From Eubacteriales bacterium (GTDB lineage: Bacteria > Bacillota > Clostridia > Oscillospirales > CAG-272), in assembly GCA_045577755.1 (NCBI GenBank), contig JAZNJA010000055.1:974-64973 (forward strand): a stretch of DNA of 64,000 bases, read 5' to 3'. The stretch's first letter is position 1, and each line of letters opens with the position of its first letter. The notes below the pieces were generated by a model. That model was given only the letters and a program-made list of their open reading frames with translations, had not been told where the DNA came from and did not search any database. The translations under genes were made by a program, and so were the position numbers. Shown piece by piece: positions 1 to 8,259 of this stretch.

Positions 1-185
1 GTGTAAGACAATATTCTTACCTCCGTGTAGTTTGTTTGTGTGGTAACTACATTTTACACCCTGGCGAGAATATTGTCTATACTTTTTTGTAATGTTGCAC
101 TTGATATTATAGCACGCGGTCCCCCTTCCCCGCTGGGGAAGGCAAGGAAAACGCATCCTTCTCCCCGATAAACCCCAATTTATCA

Positions 186-1400
186 TCAATCACCTACGCT
201 GTTAAATACAAACTCATCCATCCGCCCAAACGCCTCCTTGACTCTTGCAAGGGGCAACGCCACGTTCAGTCGGATGTGTGTAGTACCGCCGTGACCCGTG
301 CCGTCCTGCCAGGCCACACCTACGTCGTGGCCCATCTTCACCAGCTCGGGGAGGGTCTTGCCGTGGGTCTTCAGCCACTCCTTGCAGTCCAGGAAGATCA
401 TGTAGGTCCCCTGGGGATGGGCGGCCTTGACACCCTTGAAGTGGGTATTGATGTAGTCCATGGCGTAGTCAATATTCTCGGTCAGCACCGAGCAGAGCTC
501 GTCCACCCACGCGGCTCCCTCGTCGCTGTAGCCGCCGATGAGGGCGTACATGGAGAGGACGTTCATGTTGTTGTAGTGGGACAGGGAGGACTCCTTCTCC
601 ACCCGGTCGCGGAGGCGGTCATTGTAGATGATGTGGTAGGATCCCACCAGGCCCGCCAGGCTGAAGGTCTTGGTGGTGGCGTACTGGGCCACCGTCCGCA
701 TACGGGCGTCCTCGCTCACCGACTGGGTGGGGATGTGCTTGTTCCCCGCCAGGATGATGTCCGACCAGATCTCGTCCGACACCACGTAGACGTCGTGCTT
801 GCGGTACAGCTCCATGACCGCCTCGATCTCCCATCTCTCCCAGACCCGCCCCGTGGGGTTGTGGGGAGAGCAGAACAGGGCGGCGTGGATGCGGTTCTCC
901 ACGATCTTCTGTTCCATGTCGGCCAGATCCAGCCGCCAGATACCGTTCTCGTCAAGGACCAGGGGGCTTTCCACGATATGGTAGCCCGCGTTGGTCAGAG
1001 AGCCCATGAAGCCCATGTAGACGGGGCTGTTGAGCAGGACGTTGTCCCCCTTGGAGCAGAAGGTACTCAGGGCGGAGAGGATACCGCCCAGCACGCCGTT
1101 CTCGTAGCCGATGTGCTTTTTCTCCAGGCCGACTACACCGTTGCGGGTGGTCTGCCAGTTTATGATGGCGTCGAAATACTCTTCGCGGGGGTCAAAGTAA
1201 CCGAAGCAGGGGTGGCTGATGCGCTCCGCCATGGCTTTCGTCACCGAGGGAGCGGTGGGGAAATTCATGTCGGCCACCCACATAGGGATGGGGTCGAAGC
1301 CCTCACGGGGCTTGCCGGGGGCCCAGCCTTGGCCCAGGGCGTCCACGGCCAGGGCATCCTTGCCCTCGCGGCGGAGGATGGTAGTGAAATCGTATTTCAT
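186..1400 (-). CDS. PLP-dependent class I/II aminotransferase, MalY/PatB-type C-S lyase family
   Basis: 404-aa ORF with fold-type-I aminotransferase motifs (CSPHNPTGRVW; TTKTFSLAGL with the PLP lysine). GAGG RBS about 8 nt upstream of the ATG. Confidence 0.85.
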   Translation of the reverse strand: MKYDFTTILRREGKDALAVDALGQGWAPGKPREGFDPIPMWVADMNFPTAPSVTKAMAERISHPCFGYFDPREEYFDAIINWQTTRNGVVGLEKKHIGYENGVLGGILSALSTFCSKGDNVLLNSPVYMGFMGSLTNAGYHIVESPLVLDENGIWRLDLADMEQKIVENRIHAALFCSPHNPTGRVWERWEIEAVMELYRKHDVYVVSDEIWSDIILAGNKHIPTQSVSEDARMRTVAQYATTKTFSLAGLVGSYHIIYNDRLRDRVEKESSLSHYNNMNVLSMYALIGGYSDEGAAWVDELCSVLTENIDYAMDYINTHFKGVKAAHPQGTYMIFLDCKEWLKTHGKTLPELVKMGHDVGVAWQDGTGHGGTTHIRLNVALPLARVKEAFGRMDEFVFNSVGD

Positions 1401-1444
1401 GACGGTATACCTCGTTTCTCGTATGGTCGTGGGATCGGGTGTTC

Positions 1445-3241
1445 TTACGTTCCCTCGGTCTCCCGCCGCTTGCGAGCCAGGAGGGTCTCAAACCACAGGT
1501 CGGGGGTGGGCATGGGAGAGATCGGCTCCAGAGCGGACACGGCCCCTCTCGTCACGGTGCGGGTGTCGCGGAAGCCCTGATCCCCGGCGGCCCTTCCGTT
1601 CACCAGGGCTGCGCCGTGGCTCCCCAGGGCCTCAGCCGAGCAGAGCATAGCCGACAGCACCGACCGCTGGGTCAGGACCGTATCGTACAGACGAAACGCC
1701 TCAGCGATCTCGGTGTCCTCCGAGATCGTAACGGCGTTGAAAAAGTCCTCGTACAGAGACTCCACTCGCCCGAGGAGTGCCTTCATACCCGCGGTACGGC
1801 GGTCGAAGTCAGCCACGCGGCTCATGGCGGTACGGAGCTCATCACCCAGAGCCCTGACATTGGATGCCCCATGCTTGAATGTCGGCGGGACGTAGGCAGG
1901 CACGGGACGGTTCTGCCCCTTCTGTCCCGCAATATGCTCAGCGGCACGGAGACTGCCTACCTGGGTGGAATTCAGGGCACTTCCTCCGGGGCGATAGACC
2001 CCAAAGGTCCCTGCCGCCTCACCGGCGCAGTAGAGGCCCCGAAGCTCGGTCTGCCAGTTCCTGTCCACGGTCACGCCGCCGTTGCAATGCTGAGCGCAGA
2101 CCGCGATCTCCAGCCGCTCGGTGTACAGATCGATGCCATGGTCGGCATACAGCTCAATGGCGCCGCGGTTCATTCTATCCAACCGCTCGATAGGGGTGCC
2201 GAACAGGGCCTCCGAGCGGGACAGATACCCGTATGCCTCGGGCGGGAGGACCGAAAAGCCATTCTCCAGCCCCTTAGGGTTGCGGGTAAAGTCCAGATAG
2301 ACACGGTTGCCCCGCTTGATCTCGGCAGCGACCAGGAGGTCCACCTTGGAGGAGCCCTCGGCCTTGCGGGTATCGAAGGGCCATTGATAGCCCTTGAGGA
2401 AGATGAGACCGAGAGAGGCGTCTCCCAGGGCATCGTATAGAAATTCCCGCTCCTCCCCTGTCCGATCCACGCTGATATAGCGGGGGAGGACCTGCTGGTA
2501 GGTTCCCGACAAATTCCAACGGAACTTCACGCTGGCAATGCCGTACTGCCACTCCTCCATGTTGGAAAGGGACACGCCCGCCTCGATGGCCAGGCCCGTA
2601 GCGCCGTGCTGGCTCTCGGGGTAGACGGTGTTTCGGTAGATCCCGGCGGGGCCTCCCGTGCAGAGAATGACGTTCCGGCATCCGATCACGGTGAACGCCC
2701 CCGTGACGGTAGACACGCAGGCCACACCCGCGATCCCCTCGCCGTCGGTGAGAAGTCTGACGGCCAAGGTATGATCGATGATCTCAATACCCTTGCGCAG
2801 ACAGGACCGCTCCAAGGCCTCGGTCATATACTTGGAGGTCAGGGGGCCGCAGGAGGTGGCGCGGCTGCGGGGATCGTGGTCGGTCTTGTAGCCCGCGTAC
2901 TCCCCGTACTCGTTGGCGGGAAAGGGGACCCCCAACTCCACCAGGCGCATGAAGCATCGGGTGGAGTAGGCCGCCTCGCAGAGAGCGTGCTCTCCCATGA
3001 CACCGCCACCTCCGTAGAGGGTATCCGCCATCTCGCGGACGCTGTCCCCCTCGCCGCCGCAGAGAGAGAGCTTATAGTAGGTCTGCTTGTCGCTCCCCGT
3101 GTTACGGGAGGTGCCCATGTACCGCCCCTCGGTGATAACGGCGATATCGGTCACCCCCAGATCATAGAGTCGGTCGGCGGCATTGTAGCCCGCGCAGCCC
3201 GTCCCGATGATGAGGGTATGATAGGTTTTCTTGGTGTTCAT
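1445..3241 (-). CDS. FAD-binding oxidoreductase (fumarate reductase/succinate dehydrogenase/L-aspartate oxidase flavoprotein-like)
   Basis: 598 aa with an N-terminal dinucleotide-binding LIIGTGCAGYNAADR. Starts 3 nt after the stop of the upstream SDR gene (operonic). Confidence 0.8.
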   Translation of the reverse strand: MNTKKTYHTLIIGTGCAGYNAADRLYDLGVTDIAVITEGRYMGTSRNTGSDKQTYYKLSLCGGEGDSVREMADTLYGGGGVMGEHALCEAAYSTRCFMRLVELGVPFPANEYGEYAGYKTDHDPRSRATSCGPLTSKYMTEALERSCLRKGIEIIDHTLAVRLLTDGEGIAGVACVSTVTGAFTVIGCRNVILCTGGPAGIYRNTVYPESQHGATGLAIEAGVSLSNMEEWQYGIASVKFRWNLSGTYQQVLPRYISVDRTGEEREFLYDALGDASLGLIFLKGYQWPFDTRKAEGSSKVDLLVAAEIKRGNRVYLDFTRNPKGLENGFSVLPPEAYGYLSRSEALFGTPIERLDRMNRGAIELYADHGIDLYTERLEIAVCAQHCNGGVTVDRNWQTELRGLYCAGEAAGTFGVYRPGGSALNSTQVGSLRAAEHIAGQKGQNRPVPAYVPPTFKHGASNVRALGDELRTAMSRVADFDRRTAGMKALLGRVESLYEDFFNAVTISEDTEIAEAFRLYDTVLTQRSVLSAMLCSAEALGSHGAALVNGRAAGDQGFRDTRTVTRGAVSALEPISPMPTPDLWFETLLARKRRETEGT

Positions 3242-3244
3242 GGC

Positions 3245-3976
3245 TCACAGACTCCGTATGTGCATACCGCCGTCCACAATGACGGAGGCTCCCGTGGTAT
3301 AGCCGAAGGTGCCGTCACAAAGGGCGACCACCGCCCTGGCCACGTCCTCAGGCTGACCCCAGCGCCCCAACGGAACCAATCCCCCCTCAATGAGGCGGTC
3401 GTATTTTTCCTTGACGGCGGCTGTCATGCCCGTCTCGATGATGCCGGGGCAGACCTCGTTGACGGTAATGCCCTCCCCCGCCAGGCGGTCGGCGAAGAGC
3501 TTGGTGATCATGGAGACCCCCGCCTTGGAGATGCAGTACTCCCCGCGGGAGGTGGAGCTGGTATAGGCCGAGCAGGAGGAGATATTGACGATTGCGCCGC
3601 CCTTCCCCCGAGCCACCAGAATATGAGCCACTGCCTGGGTCAAAAACAGGGTTCCCTTGGTGTTGATGCCCATGACGTAATCGTAGCTCTCCTCGGTCAT
3701 GTTCAGTATATCGGTCCGCACCTTGGGTGCCACGCCCGCCACGTTGACGAGGACGGAGATCTCGCCCTTGGCAGTGGCGGTATCCAACAGCCTTTGACGG
3801 TCGGCCGCGGAGGCAATATCTCCCGCGATACAGGTCACGTCGAGGCCCTCAAAGTCCGTGGGCAGAGTGTCGACCCGCCGTCCCATGCCCACAACGGCGT
3901 AGCCTCTCTCGGCCAGCATCCGCGCACTGGCCTTCCCGATGCCCCCCAGGACACCGGTCACGATGGCGATTTTCAT
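3245..3976 (-). CDS. short-chain dehydrogenase/reductase (SDR, 3-oxoacyl-ACP-reductase-like)
   Basis: 243 aa with TGVLGGIGKA cofactor motif and YCISKAG (YxxxK) catalytic motif. ATGA start/stop overlap with the upstream gene. Confidence 0.9.
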   Translation of the reverse strand: MKIAIVTGVLGGIGKASARMLAERGYAVVGMGRRVDTLPTDFEGLDVTCIAGDIASAADRQRLLDTATAKGEISVLVNVAGVAPKVRTDILNMTEESYDYVMGINTKGTLFLTQAVAHILVARGKGGAIVNISSCSAYTSSTSRGEYCISKAGVSMITKLFADRLAGEGITVNEVCPGIIETGMTAAVKEKYDRLIEGGLVPLGRWGQPEDVARAVVALCDGTFGYTTGASVIVDGGMHIRSL

Positions 3977-5169
3977 GCTTTGATCTCCTTATACAGGTTT
4001 CTGTAGTATTCGTGATACACCGCGCACCCCGATACTCGCCCCGCCCGCATGAGCTCGGTGCATTTGGAGCAAGCGAGACAGCACTTTTTGGGGGTGAAGC
4101 TCCCCTCGGTATAGTCCTGATAGAAGGCGGGATAGGCCAGCCACATCCGCCCGAAGCCCACCAGGTCGCAGACGCCGTCGGTCAGCTGTCTCTCGGCCTG
4201 CTCCATGAGGTCCTCACGGTAGTAGGAAAGCCCCGATCCCACCACGGTAAGGGTGGGGAAGGTTTCCTTGATATGCTTCTCCACCGTGACGAAGCGGGCC
4301 AGCCCCTCGGCGGGGGGCTCGGGAGGAATGTAGCCACCCTTGCGGTAGGGGCGGTTGATGTGGGGATTGTAATAGGGGTTGCCGATGGTGACGTTCAGCA
4401 CCTCGATCCCCTCCTCCACGAGGCGGGCAATGAGGCGGTCAGGCTCGGTGAGGTCCAATTCGTTTGCCTCGGTGGTGCCGAAGCCGTAGGGGTGGGGCAC
4501 CATATCCGACACGCTCAGACGGGTGGTCAGCAGGACCGATTCGGGTATGGCCCTCTTTACTTCTCTCACGCAGTCCAGATAGAGCCGCGCGCGGTTCTCG
4601 AAGCTCCCGCCGTAGCGCCCCTCTCGGGAGAAGGCCGACAGCAGCTCCTGGAAAAGGTAGCCGTGGCAGGACTTCACGTCCACCCCGTCAAAGCCCGCCT
4701 CCACGGCCAGAAGAGCGGCCTTTACGTACAGGGCGGGGAGGGTGTCCAGGTACTCGTCGGGCACGATATGCCCATCGGTCACGGGGCGGCGCTCCTCGTA
4801 CAGGGGATGGCGGTAGGCGATCATGGGGGTGATGCTCTGCCGCCCGGAGTGGGTGAGCTGGAGGATAAATACGGGCTTGATCCCGCGCTCCCGCTGAGCG
4901 ATCTCCCGCATATCCGCCACCAACGCCCGGAAGGCGGGGAGGTTTTCAGGGGTCAGCATCATCTGGCGGGGGTTGGTACGCCCCTCAGGGCAGACGGCAC
5001 AGGCCTCAAACCAGACAAGCCCCGCCCCGCTCCGAGCGGCACGGCGATACTTTTCAACCGTCAGCTCACTGGGGCTGCCGTCGGGGTTGCAGTCGCAGCC
5101 CTCCATGGGCTGCAGGGTCACGCGATTGGGGATAAGGGCGTTTCGGATCTGTAGGGAATTGTGGATCAT
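3973..5169 (-). CDS. NADH:flavin oxidoreductase, Old Yellow Enzyme family, with C-terminal Cys cluster
   Basis: 398 aa. OYE-type TIM-barrel N-terminus (LQIRNALIPNRVTLQPME...QLTHSGRQ). C-terminal CCLACSKCTELMRAGRVSGC. Confidence 0.85.
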   Translation of the reverse strand: MIHNSLQIRNALIPNRVTLQPMEGCDCNPDGSPSELTVEKYRRAARSGAGLVWFEACAVCPEGRTNPRQMMLTPENLPAFRALVADMREIAQRERGIKPVFILQLTHSGRQSITPMIAYRHPLYEERRPVTDGHIVPDEYLDTLPALYVKAALLAVEAGFDGVDVKSCHGYLFQELLSAFSREGRYGGSFENRARLYLDCVREVKRAIPESVLLTTRLSVSDMVPHPYGFGTTEANELDLTEPDRLIARLVEEGIEVLNVTIGNPYYNPHINRPYRKGGYIPPEPPAEGLARFVTVEKHIKETFPTLTVVGSGLSYYREDLMEQAERQLTDGVCDLVGFGRMWLAYPAFYQDYTEGSFTPKKCCLACSKCTELMRAGRVSGCAVYHEYYRNLYKEIKA

Positions 5170-5211
5170 ATGCGTACCGACCTTCCGTGAATTTCTGTCT
5201 ACTCTACGTTA

Positions 5212-5240
5212 ATTATAGCAGATACCGCCACACAAGTAAA
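5212..5240 (-). promoter_or_regulatory. candidate sigma-A promoter of the OYE-SDR-FAD-lyase operon
   Basis: Minus strand reads TTTACT-17 nt-TATAAT, about 45 nt upstream of the 5169 start. Confidence 0.4.
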
Positions 5241-5392
5241 GACCCAAATCCGTTTTTTTCGGTTTTTTCCGAAATTTTGCGGAAATCGCAACGAAAAAAC
5301 CCGACAGGCAAAAGTGTGATGTTCATATCGGAGAAATCATAATTTGATTTGAACATATCGCGTAAAATTGCTCCGCAGAAAACAAATAACAA

Positions 5393-5423
5393 ACGCCGAC
5401 AGATTTTCAAGGTCTGTCGGCGT
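5393..5423. terminator. rho-independent terminator (bidirectional shape) after the small lipoprotein gene
   Basis: Perfect 11-bp stem ACGCCGACAGA / TCTGTCGGCGT with a 9-nt loop. A-rich 5' flank and T-rich 3' flank (tgttatttg). Confidence 0.6.
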
Positions 5424-5434
5424 TTGTTATTTGA

Positions 5435-5839
5435 CTATTCAAGATATACAATTAATAGCGTCTTTCCTTTTTCGTTCATATAAACCGCTTGCTTTTCTGC
5501 ATCCTCATCGAAATAGTTGAAAACAACCTTCCATGTATTAGACTCGGGATCAAAGAAAACGAGATAATAAGGGCTGGATTGTTCAAGCGTATATTCTTTG
5601 ATTGCCTGATCTACTGCATCAAGATCGTTATCTATAGCACGCTCAAGTTCTTCCGTATTGACAAATCCATCACGCTTGACATTCGGCAAGTCCTCAGAAT
5701 AAACAAGCATTTCTTCTTGATATGAAAAAGAAGGATTCTCTTCTCTGTACGACGGTGGGGGAGAACATCCGCGATATGTACATCCGCGATATGTAATAGA
5801 TAATAGTAACACCATTGCTAAACTAATGAAGCTTTTCAC
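5435..5839 (-). CDS. small hypothetical lipoprotein in an AT-rich islet
   Basis: Start re-set to a GTG preceded by AAGGATG. This gives VKSFISLAMVLLLSITYRGC, a signal peptide plus lipobox-like Cys. I recognised no family. Confidence 0.55.
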   Translation of the reverse strand: MKSFISLAMVLLLSITYRGCTYRGCSPPPSYREENPSFSYQEEMLVYSEDLPNVKRDGFVNTEELERAIDNDLDAVDQAIKEYTLEQSSPYYLVFFDPESNTWKVVFNYFDEDAEKQAVYMNEKGKTLLIVYLE

Positions 5840-5955
5840 AATAATCACATCCTTTGAAAATTCTAATTTACCGTTCTGCTTTATCGCAAGTTTCGCCTTT
5901 GTATTACAAAGGCACAGGGCAAAGCCCACACCCCTAAAGTTGCACGCATCCAAAG

Positions 5956-6086
5956 GCTCCCTCCGGGAGGGAGCTGTCAGCGAAGCTGACTGAGGGAGAG
6001 TGCGTTACTATAAAGTTTATCTAAGCTCAAAGTCACGCAGGCTCCTTCCGTCACGCTACGCGTGCCACCTTCCTCCCGGAGGAAGG
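5956..6086. repeat. cluster of GC-rich pyrimidine/purine palindromic hairpin units
   Basis: GCTCCCTCCgGGAGGGAGC (5956-5974), GTCAGCgaaGCTGAC (5976-5990), CCTTCCTCCcGGAGGAAGG (6068-6086, followed by TTTTT). A related unit CCTTCCCCgctGGGGAAGG lies at 124-142. Confidence 0.5.
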
Positions 6087-6225
6087 CTTTTTGTTAGTTC
6101 CATTATAACACAAATCGGCAGAGAAAACAAGTCCTCTGCCGAAGTTTTTGTGCCCGTGATTTCTCCGTTAAAGACAACAGAGAAAGCTCATCGGGTTCTT
6201 TCCATGTATACGGGATTCGATCGGA

Positions 6226-7350
6226 TCAGACCAGCAGGTTCTGCTCGGTCTTGGTGTCGAAGAAGTGCATGACCTTGCCCTCGAAGGTGACGTAGATGGT
6301 GGCGCCGTAGACCATGCCGTGGCGCGCGTCGTCATCCAGGGTGACGGTGGGGATGCGGACGATGAGACGGTCGCCGCTCTCGGTCTCCACGTGGAGGTGG
6401 AGCTCACTGCCCATCATCTCGTTGACCTTGATGGTGCAGGGGATGGCTGCGGGGTCGCCCGCGGTGGACATCTTGAAGTGCTCGGGACGGACACCCAGGA
6501 TGATCTCACCGGCGCCCACCTTCTTGTCAGCAAGCATGGCGGCCTTCTTACCGCTGACCTCGATCTTGGCGCCGTAGGGAGTGACGTAGTACTTCCCGCC
6601 CTCGCAGACGAGGCTCGTCTTGAAGGTATTCATCTTGGGCGCGCCGATGAACTCGGCCACGAAGAGGTTCAGGGGCATATCGAAGACCTCGGTGGGGGTG
6701 CCGACCTGCTGGATGAAGCCGTCCTTCATGATGACGATGCGATCGCCCAGGGTCATAGCCTCGGTCTGGTCGTGGGTGACGTAGATGAAGGTGGTGTCGA
6801 TCTTCTGGCGGAGCAGAATGATCTCGGCTCTCATCTGGTTGCGGAGCTTGGCGTCCAGGTTGGACAGAGGCTCGTCCATGAGGAAGACCTTACTGTCGCG
6901 GACCATGGCGCGGCCGATGGCCGCGCGCTGTCTCTGACCGCCCGACAGAGCGCGGGGCTTACGGGTCAGATACTCGGTGATGCCCAGGATCTCAGCGGCC
7001 TGGGTGACCTTCTCGTAGACGATCTCCTGGGGGACCTTCTTGAGGCGCAGGCTGAAGGCCATGTTCTCAAAGACGGTCAGGTGGGGGTAGAGGGCGTAGT
7101 TCTGGAAGACCATGGCGATGTCGCGGTCACGGGGCTGGAGGTCGTTGACCACCACGCCGTCGATCTCCACGGTACCCGCCGAGATATCCTCCAAGCCCGC
7201 GATCATACGCAGGGTGGTGGACTTACCGCAGCCCGAGGGGCCGACGAATACGATGAATTCCTTATCGGCAATATCCAGGTTGAAGTCCTGCACGGCGACG
7301 GTGTCCTTGCCGTAGATCTTCTTGACGTTGGTTAATTTTACAGTTGCCAT
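6226..7350 (-). CDS. sugar ABC transporter ATP-binding protein (MsmX/MalK/UgpC family)
   Basis: 374 aa with Walker A GPSGCGKST, signature LSGGQRQR and Walker B VFLMDEPLS, plus a MalK-type C-terminal regulatory domain. Confidence 0.95.
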   Translation of the reverse strand: MATVKLTNVKKIYGKDTVAVQDFNLDIADKEFIVFVGPSGCGKSTTLRMIAGLEDISAGTVEIDGVVVNDLQPRDRDIAMVFQNYALYPHLTVFENMAFSLRLKKVPQEIVYEKVTQAAEILGITEYLTRKPRALSGGQRQRAAIGRAMVRDSKVFLMDEPLSNLDAKLRNQMRAEIILLRQKIDTTFIYVTHDQTEAMTLGDRIVIMKDGFIQQVGTPTEVFDMPLNLFVAEFIGAPKMNTFKTSLVCEGGKYYVTPYGAKIEVSGKKAAMLADKKVGAGEIILGVRPEHFKMSTAGDPAAIPCTIKVNEMMGSELHLHVETESGDRLIVRIPTVTLDDDARHGMVYGATIYVTFEGKVMHFFDTKTEQNLLV

Positions 7351-7374
7351 TATGTGTTTCCTCCAATGATTCTC

Positions 7375-8259
7375 TTAGCCCTTGACGGCGCCGCCGGTGA
7401 CGCCCTCGACGTAGTACTTCTGCAGAAGCAGGAAGACGGTGACCACGGGGATGGCCACGATGACGCCCGCGGCGCAGAACATGGTGTAGTGGGTATTCAG
7501 GTTGGTTCTGGAGAGCCACTCGAACATACCGACGGCCACGTTCATACCGTCGCTGGTCTGGTGGGCGATGTAGTTGGCCATCATGAAGTCACCCCAGGGA
7601 GCCATGAAGCCCATGAGCACGGTGTAGATGATGATGGGCTTGGACAGGGGCATGATGACCTTGTAGAACACCTGCCAACGGGTGGCGCCGTCCACGCGGG
7701 CAGCCTCGTCCAACGACTTGGGGATGGTGTCAAAGAAGCCCTTGGACACGTAATAGCCCATACCGCTGCTGGCGCAGTAGACGATGATGAGGCCCACGGG
7801 AGCCATCTCGTTGGTCAGTCCCAGCTCGGAGAACACCTTGTAGATCAGAATCAGGGTGAGGAAGCCGGGGAACATACCCAGAATCAGCATAAAGTTCATG
7901 AGTCCCTTTCTGCCCTTGAAGCGGAGGCGGGACAGAACGTAGGACATGGAGAGGATGAAGACGGTCTGCAGCACGGCGGTGGCGATGCCCATGATGGCGG
8001 TGTTGCCGAACCACTTGAGGAAGTCGGTCTCCTTGAAGAGGCGGATGTAGTTATCGAGGCCGAACTCCTTGGGGAAAAGGTAGGGGACCTGCTGGGTGGT
8101 CTCCACGCGGAAGGACTCCAGCACGATGCCGAAGAAGGGGAAGAGCCAGATGCAGGTGATGAGGATCAGAATGATGTAGATGACCGTATTGGACAGACGG
8201 CGGCTGGCGCGGGCGCCGAGACCGGTCTTGTGAATGGTCTTGTCATTGGTCTTTTTCAT
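7375..8259 (-). CDS. carbohydrate ABC transporter permease (MalG-like)
   Basis: 294 aa, multi-TM, with EAA-loop-like LDEAARVDGATRWQVFYKVIMP. Its start overlaps the upstream stop by 1 nt. Confidence 0.9.
   Translation of the reverse strand: MKKTNDKTIHKTGLGARASRRLSNTVIYIILILITCIWLFPFFGIVLESFRVETTQQVPYLFPKEFGLDNYIRLFKETDFLKWFGNTAIMGIATAVLQTVFILSMSYVLSRLRFKGRKGLMNFMLILGMFPGFLTLILIYKVFSELGLTNEMAPVGLIIVYCASSGMGYYVSKGFFDTIPKSLDEAARVDGATRWQVFYKVIMPLSKPIIIYTVLMGFMAPWGDFMMANYIAHQTSDGMNVAVGMFEWLSRTNLNTHYTMFCAAGVIVAIPVVTVFLLLQKYYVEGVTGGAVKG

Noticed and set aside
5213-5410. 65-aa minus-strand ORF in the AT-rich spacer
   Set aside because: It has no RBS. It overlaps the candidate promoter region of the OYE operon and the terminator hairpin, and the sequence has no recognisable features.
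5840-5953. N-terminal 38-codon extension of the small lipoprotein ORF (MDACNFRGVGF...)
   Set aside because: The extension runs into the palindromic repeat block and lacks an RBS. An internal GTG preceded by AAGGATG yields a canonical signal peptide.
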